From the NCBI GenBank assembly GCA_963761115.1, contig CAVXFS010000004.1, positions 372,023 through 436,022 of the forward strand: a DNA stretch of 64,000 nt, in the 5' to 3' direction. A program made the translations under genes and the position numbers. Source of the stretch: an uncultured beta proteobacterium (GTDB lineage: Bacteria > Pseudomonadota > Gammaproteobacteria > Burkholderiales > Gallionellaceae). Shown one piece after another: positions 37,191 through 48,278 of the stretch (position 1 is the first letter of the stretch; each line of letters opens with the position of its first letter). The notes under the pieces were generated by a model. The model did not search any database, had not been told where the DNA came from, and saw only the letters and a list, made by a program, of their open reading frames with translations.

Positions 37191-38636
37191 ATGGAAGTCA
37201 AAGTTGATATCGTTTCTCCCGATGCGCCGATCAAACCCGAGGGGTTCTTGAAGAAACTCCGGCTTGACCAGCTCAATCCATTTGCACGGAAAGCTGAATC
37301 CGCCGATCCCTATGCTGTCTACCGGGTGGAGGATGACAAGCTGGCGCGCGATTTCGTGACCGATGCCGACTCGGCAACCATCGCCCAGGATCCGATAAGG
37401 GCGCGAAAACTCGTGCGTGCGGTGCTGATATTCCTGGCGGTATTCCTGCTCTGGGCTTCCATCGCCCATGTCGATGAGATCACCAAGGGCGAAGGCAAGG
37501 CAGTCTCCTCGCAGCAATTGCAGGTGGTGCAAAGCCTGGACGGCGGGATCGTCAGGCAGATCCTGGTCAAGGAAGGTGACCGGGTGCGCAAAGGTCAGGT
37601 GCTGATAAGGATCGATACCACCCGCTTCCTGTCCACCTTCAATGAAGGACGAGCCACTTACCTGTCTTTGCTGGCCAAGGCGGCACGCCTGCGCGCAGTA
37701 GCCGAAGGCAAGGATTTTGTACCACCGCCGGAAGTGCTCAAGGAAAATCCTGCACTGGCCGATCAGGAGCGATCGGTTTACAGGAACAGCCAAGCCGAGC
37801 TTGATGCGCAAATCGGCATCGCTCGCGATCAGTTGTCCCAGCGCCAGCATGAACTGGGCGAGGCGCAGGCGCATTACGAGCAGGCAAAACAGGGATATGA
37901 CCTGACCTCCAAAGAACTGGCGATGACCAAGCCGCTGATCAAATCTGGTGCAGTGTCAGATGTTGAATTGATACGCCTGGAGCGCGATGTCAGCCACCTT
38001 CTGGGCGATATGAACCAGGCCAGTTCCCAGATCACCCGCCTGCAATCAGCGATAGCCGAGGCCAGAAAGAAGATCGAGGAAGTCGACCTGAAGTTCAAGA
38101 ACCAGGCCCGCGATGAACTTTCAGATACCCAGTCCAAGATCAACAGCCTGAGTGAAGGCAATATCGCCCTCTCCGACAAGGTCAAGCAGGCCGATATCAG
38201 GTCGCCGCTTGACGGCACCGTGCAGCGTTTGCTGTATAACACGGTGGGCGGGGTGGTGCAGCCCGGCAAGGATATCATCGAGATCGTGCCGCTCGACGAC
38301 ACTATTCTGCTCGAAGCCAAGGTAAAGCCCAGGGACATCGCCTTCCTGCACCCGGGTCAAAAGGCCAACGTCAAGTTTACCGCCTACGATTTCGCCATTT
38401 ATGGCGGCCTCGACGCGGTGGTGGAAAACATCAGCGCGGACTCGATCATTGATGACAAGGGCAACGCTTATTACATAGTTCGGGTGCGCACCCTGAAATC
38501 CAGTCTCGGGAAAGACATGCCCATCATTCCCGGCATGATTGCCGAGGTGGATATCCTCACCGGGCGGAAAACTATACTCAGCTATCTGCTCAAGCCTGTA
38601 TTACGGGCAAAACAATATGCGCTGACCGAGCGTTAA
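37191..38636 (+). CDS. HlyD-family type I secretion membrane fusion (periplasmic adaptor) protein
   Basis: It has a TM anchor, the motif VQSLDGGIVRQILVKEGDRVRKGQVLIRID, a long coiled-coil and a C-terminal IIPGMIAEVDILTGRKTILSYLLKPV. The ATG lies 3 nt after the ABC stop. Confidence 0.9.
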   Translation: MEVKVDIVSPDAPIKPEGFLKKLRLDQLNPFARKAESADPYAVYRVEDDKLARDFVTDADSATIAQDPIRARKLVRAVLIFLAVFLLWASIAHVDEITKGEGKAVSSQQLQVVQSLDGGIVRQILVKEGDRVRKGQVLIRIDTTRFLSTFNEGRATYLSLLAKAARLRAVAEGKDFVPPPEVLKENPALADQERSVYRNSQAELDAQIGIARDQLSQRQHELGEAQAHYEQAKQGYDLTSKELAMTKPLIKSGAVSDVELIRLERDVSHLLGDMNQASSQITRLQSAIAEARKKIEEVDLKFKNQARDELSDTQSKINSLSEGNIALSDKVKQADIRSPLDGTVQRLLYNTVGGVVQPGKDIIEIVPLDDTILLEAKVKPRDIAFLHPGQKANVKFTAYDFAIYGGLDAVVENISADSIIDDKGNAYYIVRVRTLKSSLGKDMPIIPGMIAEVDILTGRKTILSYLLKPVLRAKQYALTER

Positions 38637-38648
38637 CAGAAGGCAAGC

Positions 38649-39230
38649 ATGGGTAATAACATTTTTGTCTCTATCGGCAAGGTACCTCCCGTACGGTGGA
38701 AGATGGCTTTTCCTCAAGCAAAGATCGTTCCGTCCATACCGGAGAAACTTTCGCCTGACTGCATCGTGTGGTTGCACAACATGCTGCCGGGCAGCGCACG
38801 TCCGGCCGGTGCCCGCTTTGTTGTCATGCACGACGAGCCGAGCGACGACAAGGGGCTGGAGGCACTTGCCAGCGGCGCTTCCGGTTACTGCCATGCGCAT
38901 TCGACACCGGACCTGCTGCGCACCGTAGAATCGGTCATTCGCAGTAACGGCCTGTGGGTTGGCGAATCACTGCTCAATCGCATGGTGGGGGGCATCAGCC
39001 TGCGCTCCCCGATGGCTGGACGCCAGGAGCAACATCCGGCGCTGCAGAAACTCTCCGAGCGCGAACGCGAGGTCGCGCTGTGCGTGGCGCGCGGAGAAAG
39101 CAACAAGGAAATCAACCGCAATCTCGATATCGCCGAACGCACCATCAAGGCCCATCTCACCTCGATCTTCGAAAAATTGGGTGTGCGTGATCGCCTGCAG
39201 CTTGCGATCCTGCTCAACACGCCGGGTTGA
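38649..39230 (+). CDS. LuxR-family transcription regulator with degenerate (pseudo-)receiver domain
   Basis: The C-terminal HTH is LSEREREVALCVARGESNKEINRNLDIAERTIKAHLTSIFEKLGV. The N-terminal receiver-like fold lacks the acidic pocket, the phospho-acceptor Asp (IVWLHNMLPG) and the conserved Lys (GASGYCHAH). Confidence 0.8.
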   Translation: MGNNIFVSIGKVPPVRWKMAFPQAKIVPSIPEKLSPDCIVWLHNMLPGSARPAGARFVVMHDEPSDDKGLEALASGASGYCHAHSTPDLLRTVESVIRSNGLWVGESLLNRMVGGISLRSPMAGRQEQHPALQKLSEREREVALCVARGESNKEINRNLDIAERTIKAHLTSIFEKLGVRDRLQLAILLNTPG

Positions 39231-39984
39231 GCAGGGAGCGATCCGTATTGGTCATGGCCGCTACTCGCCGATAAGAATCAATCATCTACACTTGCAGAAC
39301 GCGCATGTCGGGCGGTATCGGCACAGCACGAACCGGCTAGACCATTATGAAATAGTAATGACTGCCCTTTTGGGCAATTGACCCGATCGCTGGGTTGTAT
39401 AGACTGCGCTTCATCAATCTTTCTTTTCTCAATTTTCGAGGGCGGTGAATATCATGGCAGACACAAATTCTACTCAGGCTGTTGCAGTTGGTGAAGTAGT
39501 CGCAACAAAAGGCGAAGTCTTCGCCAGGAGTGCTGACGGCCACATGCGTCGATTGTCAATCGGCGACCAGATATTCGAGGGCGACGTCATCGTCACTGCC
39601 AATGGCAGTTCAGCCGAGATCAACATGTACAACGGTCCGGAACTCAACGTGGCCGAGCAGCAATCTGTTGCCGTTGATAGCCAGGTCATCTCCTCGACCC
39701 ATGCGCACGATGCCACTGCAGGTGCAGTTACCGAACTGGGCTCCAGCGAGGCATCCAAGGTCATTCAGACCGTCAATGCTGGTGATCAGAAGGATTTCAA
39801 TGCACTGCTTTCCGACCAGGCCGCTGCAGCCGGACTGACCGGTGGTGACGGCGGGGGCGGCAGCACGTTTGTGGACCTGGTGCGAATTGTCGAAATTGTC
39901 CCGACCACGGGTTTTGATTTCCCTTCCAATTCGACTGGTTCAGGCCTGACGGGCAACGAGCTGCTTGGAGTTCCTACGACGCAA

Positions 39985-42531
39985 GCGGCGGTGGTCAGCA
40001 TCGCCGGTCCCGGCAGTGTTATCGAAGGCGACACCACGACCAACTACACGGTGAGCCTGGACCAGGTCACTTCCAGCGACGTGGTAGTCAACCTGACCTA
40101 TAGCGGCGTTGCGATCGACGGCACCGACTACACGGGCGTAGCACAAGTCACGATTCTTGCAGGCACCAGCAGCGCCACCTTCAACATCGCTACGATAGAC
40201 GACAACCTTGCGGAAGGTTCTGAACTGTTCAATGTTGCGATCGGCGCAGTCAGCGGCGGCAGTTTCAGCGCAATCACGGTTGCTCCGGCGGCGAGCAACG
40301 TGAACACCAGCATCATCGATGAAGGTGGACCGGGCCAGCCGCCAGATCCAACCCCACAGACAGCGCATGTCAGCATTGCCGGTCCTGGCAGTGTGATCGA
40401 AGGCGACACCACGACCAACTACACGGTGAGCGTGGACCAGCCGACGACGGCAGACCTGGTGGTGAACCTGACTTACAGCGGCGTGGCGATCGACGGCACC
40501 GACTACACGGGTGTGGCGCAGGTCACCATCCCGAACGGTTCGAGCAGCGTGACGTTCAACATTGCCACGATAGACGACAACATTGCGGAAGGTTCTGAAC
40601 TGTTCAACGTTGCGCTGGGCACGATCAGCGGCGGCGGATTCGAACTGGTTGCAGCCGATCCGGTGGCGAACAATGTGAACACCGACATCATCGATGAAGG
40701 CGGACCGGGCCAACCGCCAGATCCAACCCCGCAGACGGCATACGTCAGCATTGTCGGTCCTGGCAGCGTGGTCGAGGGCGACACCACGACCAACTACACG
40801 GTGAGCGTGGACCAGCCGACGACGGCTGCCTTGACGGTGAACCTGAGCTACAGCGGCGTGGCGATCGACGGCACCGACTACACGGGCGTGGCGCAGGTCA
40901 CCATCCCGAGCGGATCGACCAGCACCACCTTCAACATTGCGACGATAGACGACAACATAGCGGAAGGCTCTGAGCTGTTCAATGTTGCGATCAGCTCGGT
41001 CACGGGCGGCGGCTTCGAACTGGTGGCAGCCGATCCGGTGGTGAACAACGTCGACACCACGATCACCGACGAACCGCAACCTGATCCCCATCCGCAGACG
41101 GCGTACGTCAGCATCGTCGGCCCTGCCGGCGTGATCGAAGGCGACACCACGACCAACTACACGGTGAGCGTGGACCAGCCGACGACGGCTGCCTTGACGG
41201 TCAACCTGAGCTACAGCGGCGTGGCGATCGACGGCACCGACTACACGGGCGTGGCGCAGGTCACCATCCCGAGCGGATCGACCAGCACCACCTTCAACAT
41301 TGCGACGATAGACGACAACATAGCGGAAGGCTCTGAGCTGTTCAATGTTGCGATCAGCTCGGTCACGGGCGGCGGCTTCGAACTGGTGGCAGCCGATCCG
41401 ATTGTGAACAACGTCGACACCACGATCACCGACGAACCGCAACCTGATCCCCATCCGCAGACGGCGTACGTCAGCATCGTCGGCCCTGCCGGCGTGATCG
41501 AAGGCGACACCACCACCAACTACACGGTGAGCGTGGACCAGCCGACGACGGCTGCCCTGACGGTCAACCTGAGCTACAGCGGCGTGGCGATCGACGGCAC
41601 CGACTACACGGGCGTGGCGCAGGTCACCATCCCGAGCGGATCGACCAGCACCACCTTCAACATTGCGACGATAGACGACAACATAGCGGAAGGCTCTGAG
41701 CTGTTCAATGTTGCGATCAGCTCGGTCACGGGCGGCGGCTTCGAACTGGTGGCAGCCGATCCGGTGGTGAACAACGTCGACACCACGATCACCGACGAAC
41801 CGCAACCTGATCCCCATCCGCAGACGGCGTACGTCAGCATCGTCGGCCCTGCCGGCGTGATCGAAGGCGACACCACGACCAACTACACGGTGAGCGTGGA
41901 CCAGCCGACGACGGCTGCCTTGACGGTGAACCTGAGCTACAGCGGCGTGGCGATCGACGGCACCGACTACACGGGCGTGGCGCAGGTCACCATCCCGAGC
42001 GGATCGACCAGCACCACCTTCAACATTGCGACGATAGACGACAACATAGCGGAAGGCTCTGAGCTGTTCAATGTTGCGATCAGCTCGGTCACGGGCGGCG
42101 GCTTCGAACTGGTGGCAGCCGATCCGGTGGTGAACAACGTCGACACCACGATCACCGACGAACCGCAACCTGATCCCCATCCGCAGACGGCGTACGTCAG
42201 CATTGTCGGTCCCGGCAGCGTGGTCGAAGGCGACACCACCACCAACTACACGGTGAGCGTGGACCAGCCGACGACGGCTGCCCTGACGGTCAACCTGAGC
42301 TACAGCGGTGTGGCGATCGACGGCACCGACTACACGGGGGTCCACAGTGTCACGATCCCGAGCGGATCGACCAGCACCACCTTCAATATTGCGACTATTC
42401 TAGACACCATTATCGAAGGCACTGAAGTATTCAATGTTGCGATCAGCTCGGTCACGGGCGGTGGCTTCGAACTGGTGGCAGCCGATCCGGTAGTGAATAA
42501 CGTAAATACCAACATCGTAGACCAGGGGCAG
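39985..42531 (+). repeat. Seven tandem Calx-beta-type coding repeats (375-bp then 363-bp units)
   Basis: The unit begins A[YH]VSI[AV]GPG..VEGDTTTNYTVSVDQPTT...GVAIDGTDYTGVAQVTIP...FNIATIDDNIAEGSELFNV. Antisense shadow ORF starts at 40878, 41241, 41604 and 41967 give an exact 363-bp period. Units 3-7 differ at only a few positions. Confidence 0.95.
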
Positions 42532-44984
42532 CTGACCTTCAACGTCACTGGTGATGCTTCGGTGAACGAAGGTGCGACGGCGCACTACTCGGTGAGCTAC
42601 TCCGGCGGCACGCTGGCCAGCGGCCAGACGGCATCGGTACACGTGGCGACAGGCCCCGGTACCACGCTGGTTCCGGATGCGACTTCGGGCGTGGACTACA
42701 ACCCGCTCACGCAGACACTTACCTTCACATCGACCGACCCGACCAGCGTCGGCGTATCGGTGGTGACGCTGGCTGACAGCATCGTCGAGGGCACCGAGGA
42801 ATACACGGTGAACCTGAGTGCAGCGAGTTCGAATGCGACCATCGGCACCGGCAGCGTGACGACCAACATCGTCGACCAGAGCCACCTGACCTTCAACGTC
42901 ACTGGTGATGCTTCGGTGAACGAAGGTGCGACGGCGAGCTATACAGTAAGTTACACCGGTGGCACGCTGGCCAGCGGCCAGACCGCATCGGTACACGTGG
43001 CGACAGGCCCCGGTACCACGCTGGTTCCGGATGCGACTTCGGGCGTGGACTACAATCCGCTCACACAGACACTTACCTTTACCGCAGGTGGTGCGACCAG
43101 CACCAACGTATCGGTGGCGACGCTGGCTGACAGCATCGTCGAAGGCACCGAGGAATACACGGTGAACCTGAGTGCAGCGAGTTCGAATGCGACCATCGGC
43201 ACCGGCAGCGTGACGACCAACATCGTCGACCAGAGCAATCTGTCCTTCAACATCACTGGCGATGCTTCGGTGAACGAAGGATCGACGGCGAGCTACACGG
43301 TGAGCTATTCCGGTTCGCTGGCCAACGGCCAGACGGCATCAGTGCATGTAGACACGGGTCCGGGCACCACGCTGGTTCCGGATGCGACTTCGGGCGTGGA
43401 CTACAATCCGCTCACGCAGACGCTTACCTTTACCGCGGGCGGCGCGACCAGCACCAACGTATCGGTGGTGACGCTGGCTGACAGCATCGTCGAGGGCACC
43501 GAGGAATACACGGTGAACCTGAGTGCAGCGAGTTCGAATGCGACCATCGGCACCGGCAGCGTGACGACCAACATCGTCGACCAGAGCAACCTGACCTTCA
43601 ATATCAATGGCGATGCTTCGGTGAACGAAGGATCGACGGCGAGCTACACGGTGAGCTATTCCGGTTCGCTGGCCAACGGCCAGACCGCATCGGTACACGT
43701 GGCGACAGGCCCCGGTACCACGCTGGTTCCGGATGCGACTTCGGGCGTGGACTACAATCCGCTCACACAGACACTTACCTTCACCGCGGGCGGCGCGACC
43801 AGCACCAACGTATCGGTGGTGACGCTGGCTGACAGCATCGTCGAAGGCACCGAGGAATACACGGTGAACCTGAGTGCGGCAAGCGCAAATGCGACCATCG
43901 GCACCGGCAGCGTGACGACCAACATCGTCGACCAGAGCAATCTGTCCTTCAACATCACTGGCGATGCTTCGGTGAACGAAGGTGCGACGGCGAGCTACAC
44001 GGTGAGCTATTCCGGTTCGCTGGTCAGCGGCCAGACGGCATCAGTGCATGTGGACACGGGTCCGGGCACCACGCTGGTTCCGGATGCGACTTCGGGCGTG
44101 GACTACAATCCGCTTACGCAGACACTTACCTTTACCGCGGCGGCGCGACCAGCACCAACGTATCGGTGGTGACGCTGGCTGACAGCATCGTCGAGGGCAC
44201 CGAGGAATACACGGTGAACCTGAGTGCGGCAAGCGCAAATGCGACCATCGGCACCGGCAGCGTGACGACCAACATCGTCGACCAGAGCAACCTGACCTTC
44301 AATATCAATGGCGATGCTTCGGTGAACGAAGGATCGACGGCGAGCTACACGGTGAGCTATTCCGGTTCGCTGGCCAACGGCCAGACCGCATCGGTACACG
44401 TGGCGACAGGCCCCGGTACCACGCTGGTTCCGGATGCGACTTCGGGCGTGGACTACAATCCGCTTACGCAGACACTTACCTTTACTGCAGGCGGCGCGAC
44501 CAGCACCAACGTATCGGTGGTGACGCTGGCTGACAGCATCGTCGAGGGCACCGAGGAATACACGGTGAACCTGAGTGCAGCGAGTTCGAATGCGACCATC
44601 GGCACCGGCAGCGTGACGACCAACATCGTCGACCAGAGCCACCTGACCTTCAACATCAGCGGCGACACTTCGGTGAACGAAGGATCGACGGCGAGCTATG
44701 CGGTAGGCTACACCGGCACGCTGGCCGACGGCCAGACGGCATCGGTACATGTGGCCACGGGTGCAGGCACTACAGTGGTGGTGGATGCGACCTCGGGCGT
44801 GGACTACAACCCGCTTACGCAGACACTCACCTTTACCGCAGGTGGTGCGACCAGCACCAACGTATCGGTGGTGACGCTGGCTGACAACATCGTCGAACCC
44901 ACCGAGGAATACACGGTGAACCTGAGTGCTGCGAGCTCTAATGCGACCATCGGCACCGGCAGCGTGACGACCAACATCATCGAC
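42532..44984 (+). repeat. Seven tandem repeats of a second Calx-beta-like type (351-354-bp units)
   Basis: The unit is L[TS]FN[VI].[103 protein letters not shown]. Shadow-ORF stops at 43050, 43401, 43752, 44103 and 44453 give spacings of 351, 351, 351 and 350. Confidence 0.95.
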
Positions 44985-46607
44985 ATGACGCCGATGCTGG
45001 TGATCGGCAGCAACAAGGACGATACAGGCACCGGCGATAATATTACGCCAAGCAGCGACGATCACCTGGTCAAGAATCCGCTTACCGATGGCGACGGCAG
45101 CATCGTTGGCGGCAACGCCAGCGACGTGCTGATCGGCGATGTCGGCGGCGCATCTCTGCAGGGTGCGACAGCCAATATCAACTTCGTCCTGGACACCTCC
45201 GGCAGTATGACGACGAACATCAGCTTTACCGATAGCAGCGGTCATACCTCCAACATCTCGCGGTTGGACGCGTTGAAGCTGTCGGTGATTGCCGAGTTGC
45301 AGGCCTTGTATGATTCCAGCGCGTCCAATGTTCGCGTCCATCTCGACCAGTTCAGTACTATTGGCGGGTCGTTGGGAACTTTCGACCTGACCACTAACGG
45401 CGTTGACAGCCAGGCGCAATTGAATGCGGCGATAGCTGCCGTAAATTCCATGACTGCTACCAACAGCACCAACTACGAGGCAGGCTTGCAGTCATCCCTT
45501 AACTGGTTGAACACCGCGTCTGGAAGCAATGGCCCGCTGGCCGGCGCAGGCGTTAACAAGCTGGTGTTTATCTCCGATGGTGCTCCTAACGAAGCACTGT
45601 CCGGCAACACGACGACCGAGTCGACCAGTAATGCGGTCAGCGTAAGTTCTACGCAAGCGATAGCAAGCATACTCGGCACCCTGGCGGCAAGCGGTGGCGT
45701 GGCAGCTGACAATGTCAGTGAAGTCGGCGCCATTCAGGCCAAGGGTTTCGACATCCAGGCGGTGGGTATCAATGTCAGCAGCAGCGCACTGGCGTTGCTC
45801 GGCCAGGTTGAAGGCTACAATAATGTGACCGGTCATACCGCAGACAACATCACCACCGCAAACGAACTGACCAACGTAGTGGGCGGATTGATCAGCGATA
45901 ACATCCTGACTCCGGTGGGTGCTGACAATATCACCGGCGGCACCGGCAACGACGTCATCTTTGGAGACACGCCGAATACCGATGCGCTGGCCGGTAACGG
46001 CGGGGGTTATGGTGCGGCTGGAACGCACAACGGCGCAGGCGTCGATGTGCTATACCATACCGATGTTGTTCCCCACGCTGGTGCCACTGCGACCAATGCC
46101 GAGGTGCTGGCCTGGTTGAGCGATCCGGCGGGCAACTATGCCAACGCGAATTCGGTCAACATCGCAGGCGATACCCGCGGCGGCAACGACACCATCGATG
46201 GTGGCGCCGGCAACGACCTGATCTTCGGTCAGGGCGGGAACGACACCATCATCGGCGGGGCGGGCAACGACACCATGTTCGGCGGCACCGGGGCAGACAC
46301 CTTTGTGTTCAACCTGGCCGACGTGGGCACCGAGGCTACACCTGCCATGGATACGATCAAGGACTTCAGCGCCAGCGATACACTGGACCTGAGCGATGTT
46401 CTGTCGGGAGTTGGAAACAGCGGCGTAACGTTTGCCAATGTGACTGCAACGTCAGCCGATGTGCAGGTGAATGTTGGCAATACGGCTGCTCCCGAGCAGG
46501 TCATCCACGTTGAATTCGATGCTGCCTTGACCGGCACCCAGCAACTGACCATCGATGCGAATCATATGATCAAGATCACATCCTGATCTGGTATCACTGT
46601 AAGCATG

Positions 46608-46644
46608 CAGGTGGTTAACGTTTTCGTTAGCCACCTGTTTTTTT
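46608..46644 (+). terminator. Rho-independent terminator downstream of the adhesin gene
   Basis: The stem is CAGGTGGTTAAC (46608-46619) paired with GTTAGCCACCTG (46626-46637), with one G-T pair. The loop is GTTTTC and a T7 run follows (46638-46644). It lies 22 nt after the stop codon. Confidence 0.75.
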
Positions 46645-46679
46645 ATCTCCGCGCTATCTCGGCTGAGTCATTTCCTCAG

Positions 46680-46759
46680 CCTGTAGGTTGGGCTGACGAA
46701 GGAAGCACAACACGGTGTACCGGAAAACGTTGGGCTTCGTGCCTCAGCCCAGCCTGCGA
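46680..46759. repeat. Inverted pair of family-D REP hairpins (REPIN-like doublet)
   Basis: CCTGTAGGTTGGGCTGACGAAGGAAGCACAACA and CGTTGGGCTTCGTGCCTCAGCCCAGCCTGCGA lie in opposite orientation between the convergent adhesin and fumC genes. Confidence 0.8.
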
Positions 46760-46766
46760 CTTGTTG

Positions 46767-48155
<1,389 letters not shown>

Positions 48156-48278
48156 GGCGCTTTCCTTGATATTCGTTGCCCGGCGTTGATCCGGCATGGT
48201 GACACCAGAGTTTACAGGGAATGGGTGGCACAGGTGAATAGGGTAAAATCGGTTTTTGTTTAGTCAGTGCATCGCATT

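Larger units (their letters stand above)
39454..46586 (+). pseudogene. Giant LapA-like RTX adhesin (retention module, 14 Calx-beta-type repeats, VWA domain, RTX repeats, T1SS C-terminal signal); one -1 frame disruption at ~44139
   Basis: The N-terminus is MADTNSTQAVAVGEVVATKGEVFARSADGHMRRLSIGDQIFEGDVIVT...AAAAGLTGGDGGGGSTFVDLVRIVE. Repeats occupy 39985-44984. The VWA domain spans about 45175-45800, with MIDAS-like [11 protein letters not shown] nonapeptides ([35 protein letters not shown]) occupy about 45930-46310. The C-terminal [18 protein letters not shown] is a secretion-signal type. ORFs 39445..44172 and 44166..46586 join if one G is restored, and the length is 7133 nt. Confidence 0.88.

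Noticed and set aside
39378-39405. A candidate sigma70 promoter for the adhesin (TTGACC-16 nt-TAGACT).
   Set aside because: The -10 hexamer matches only 4 of 6 positions and there is no supporting evidence. The adhesin may instead be co-transcribed with the upstream genes.
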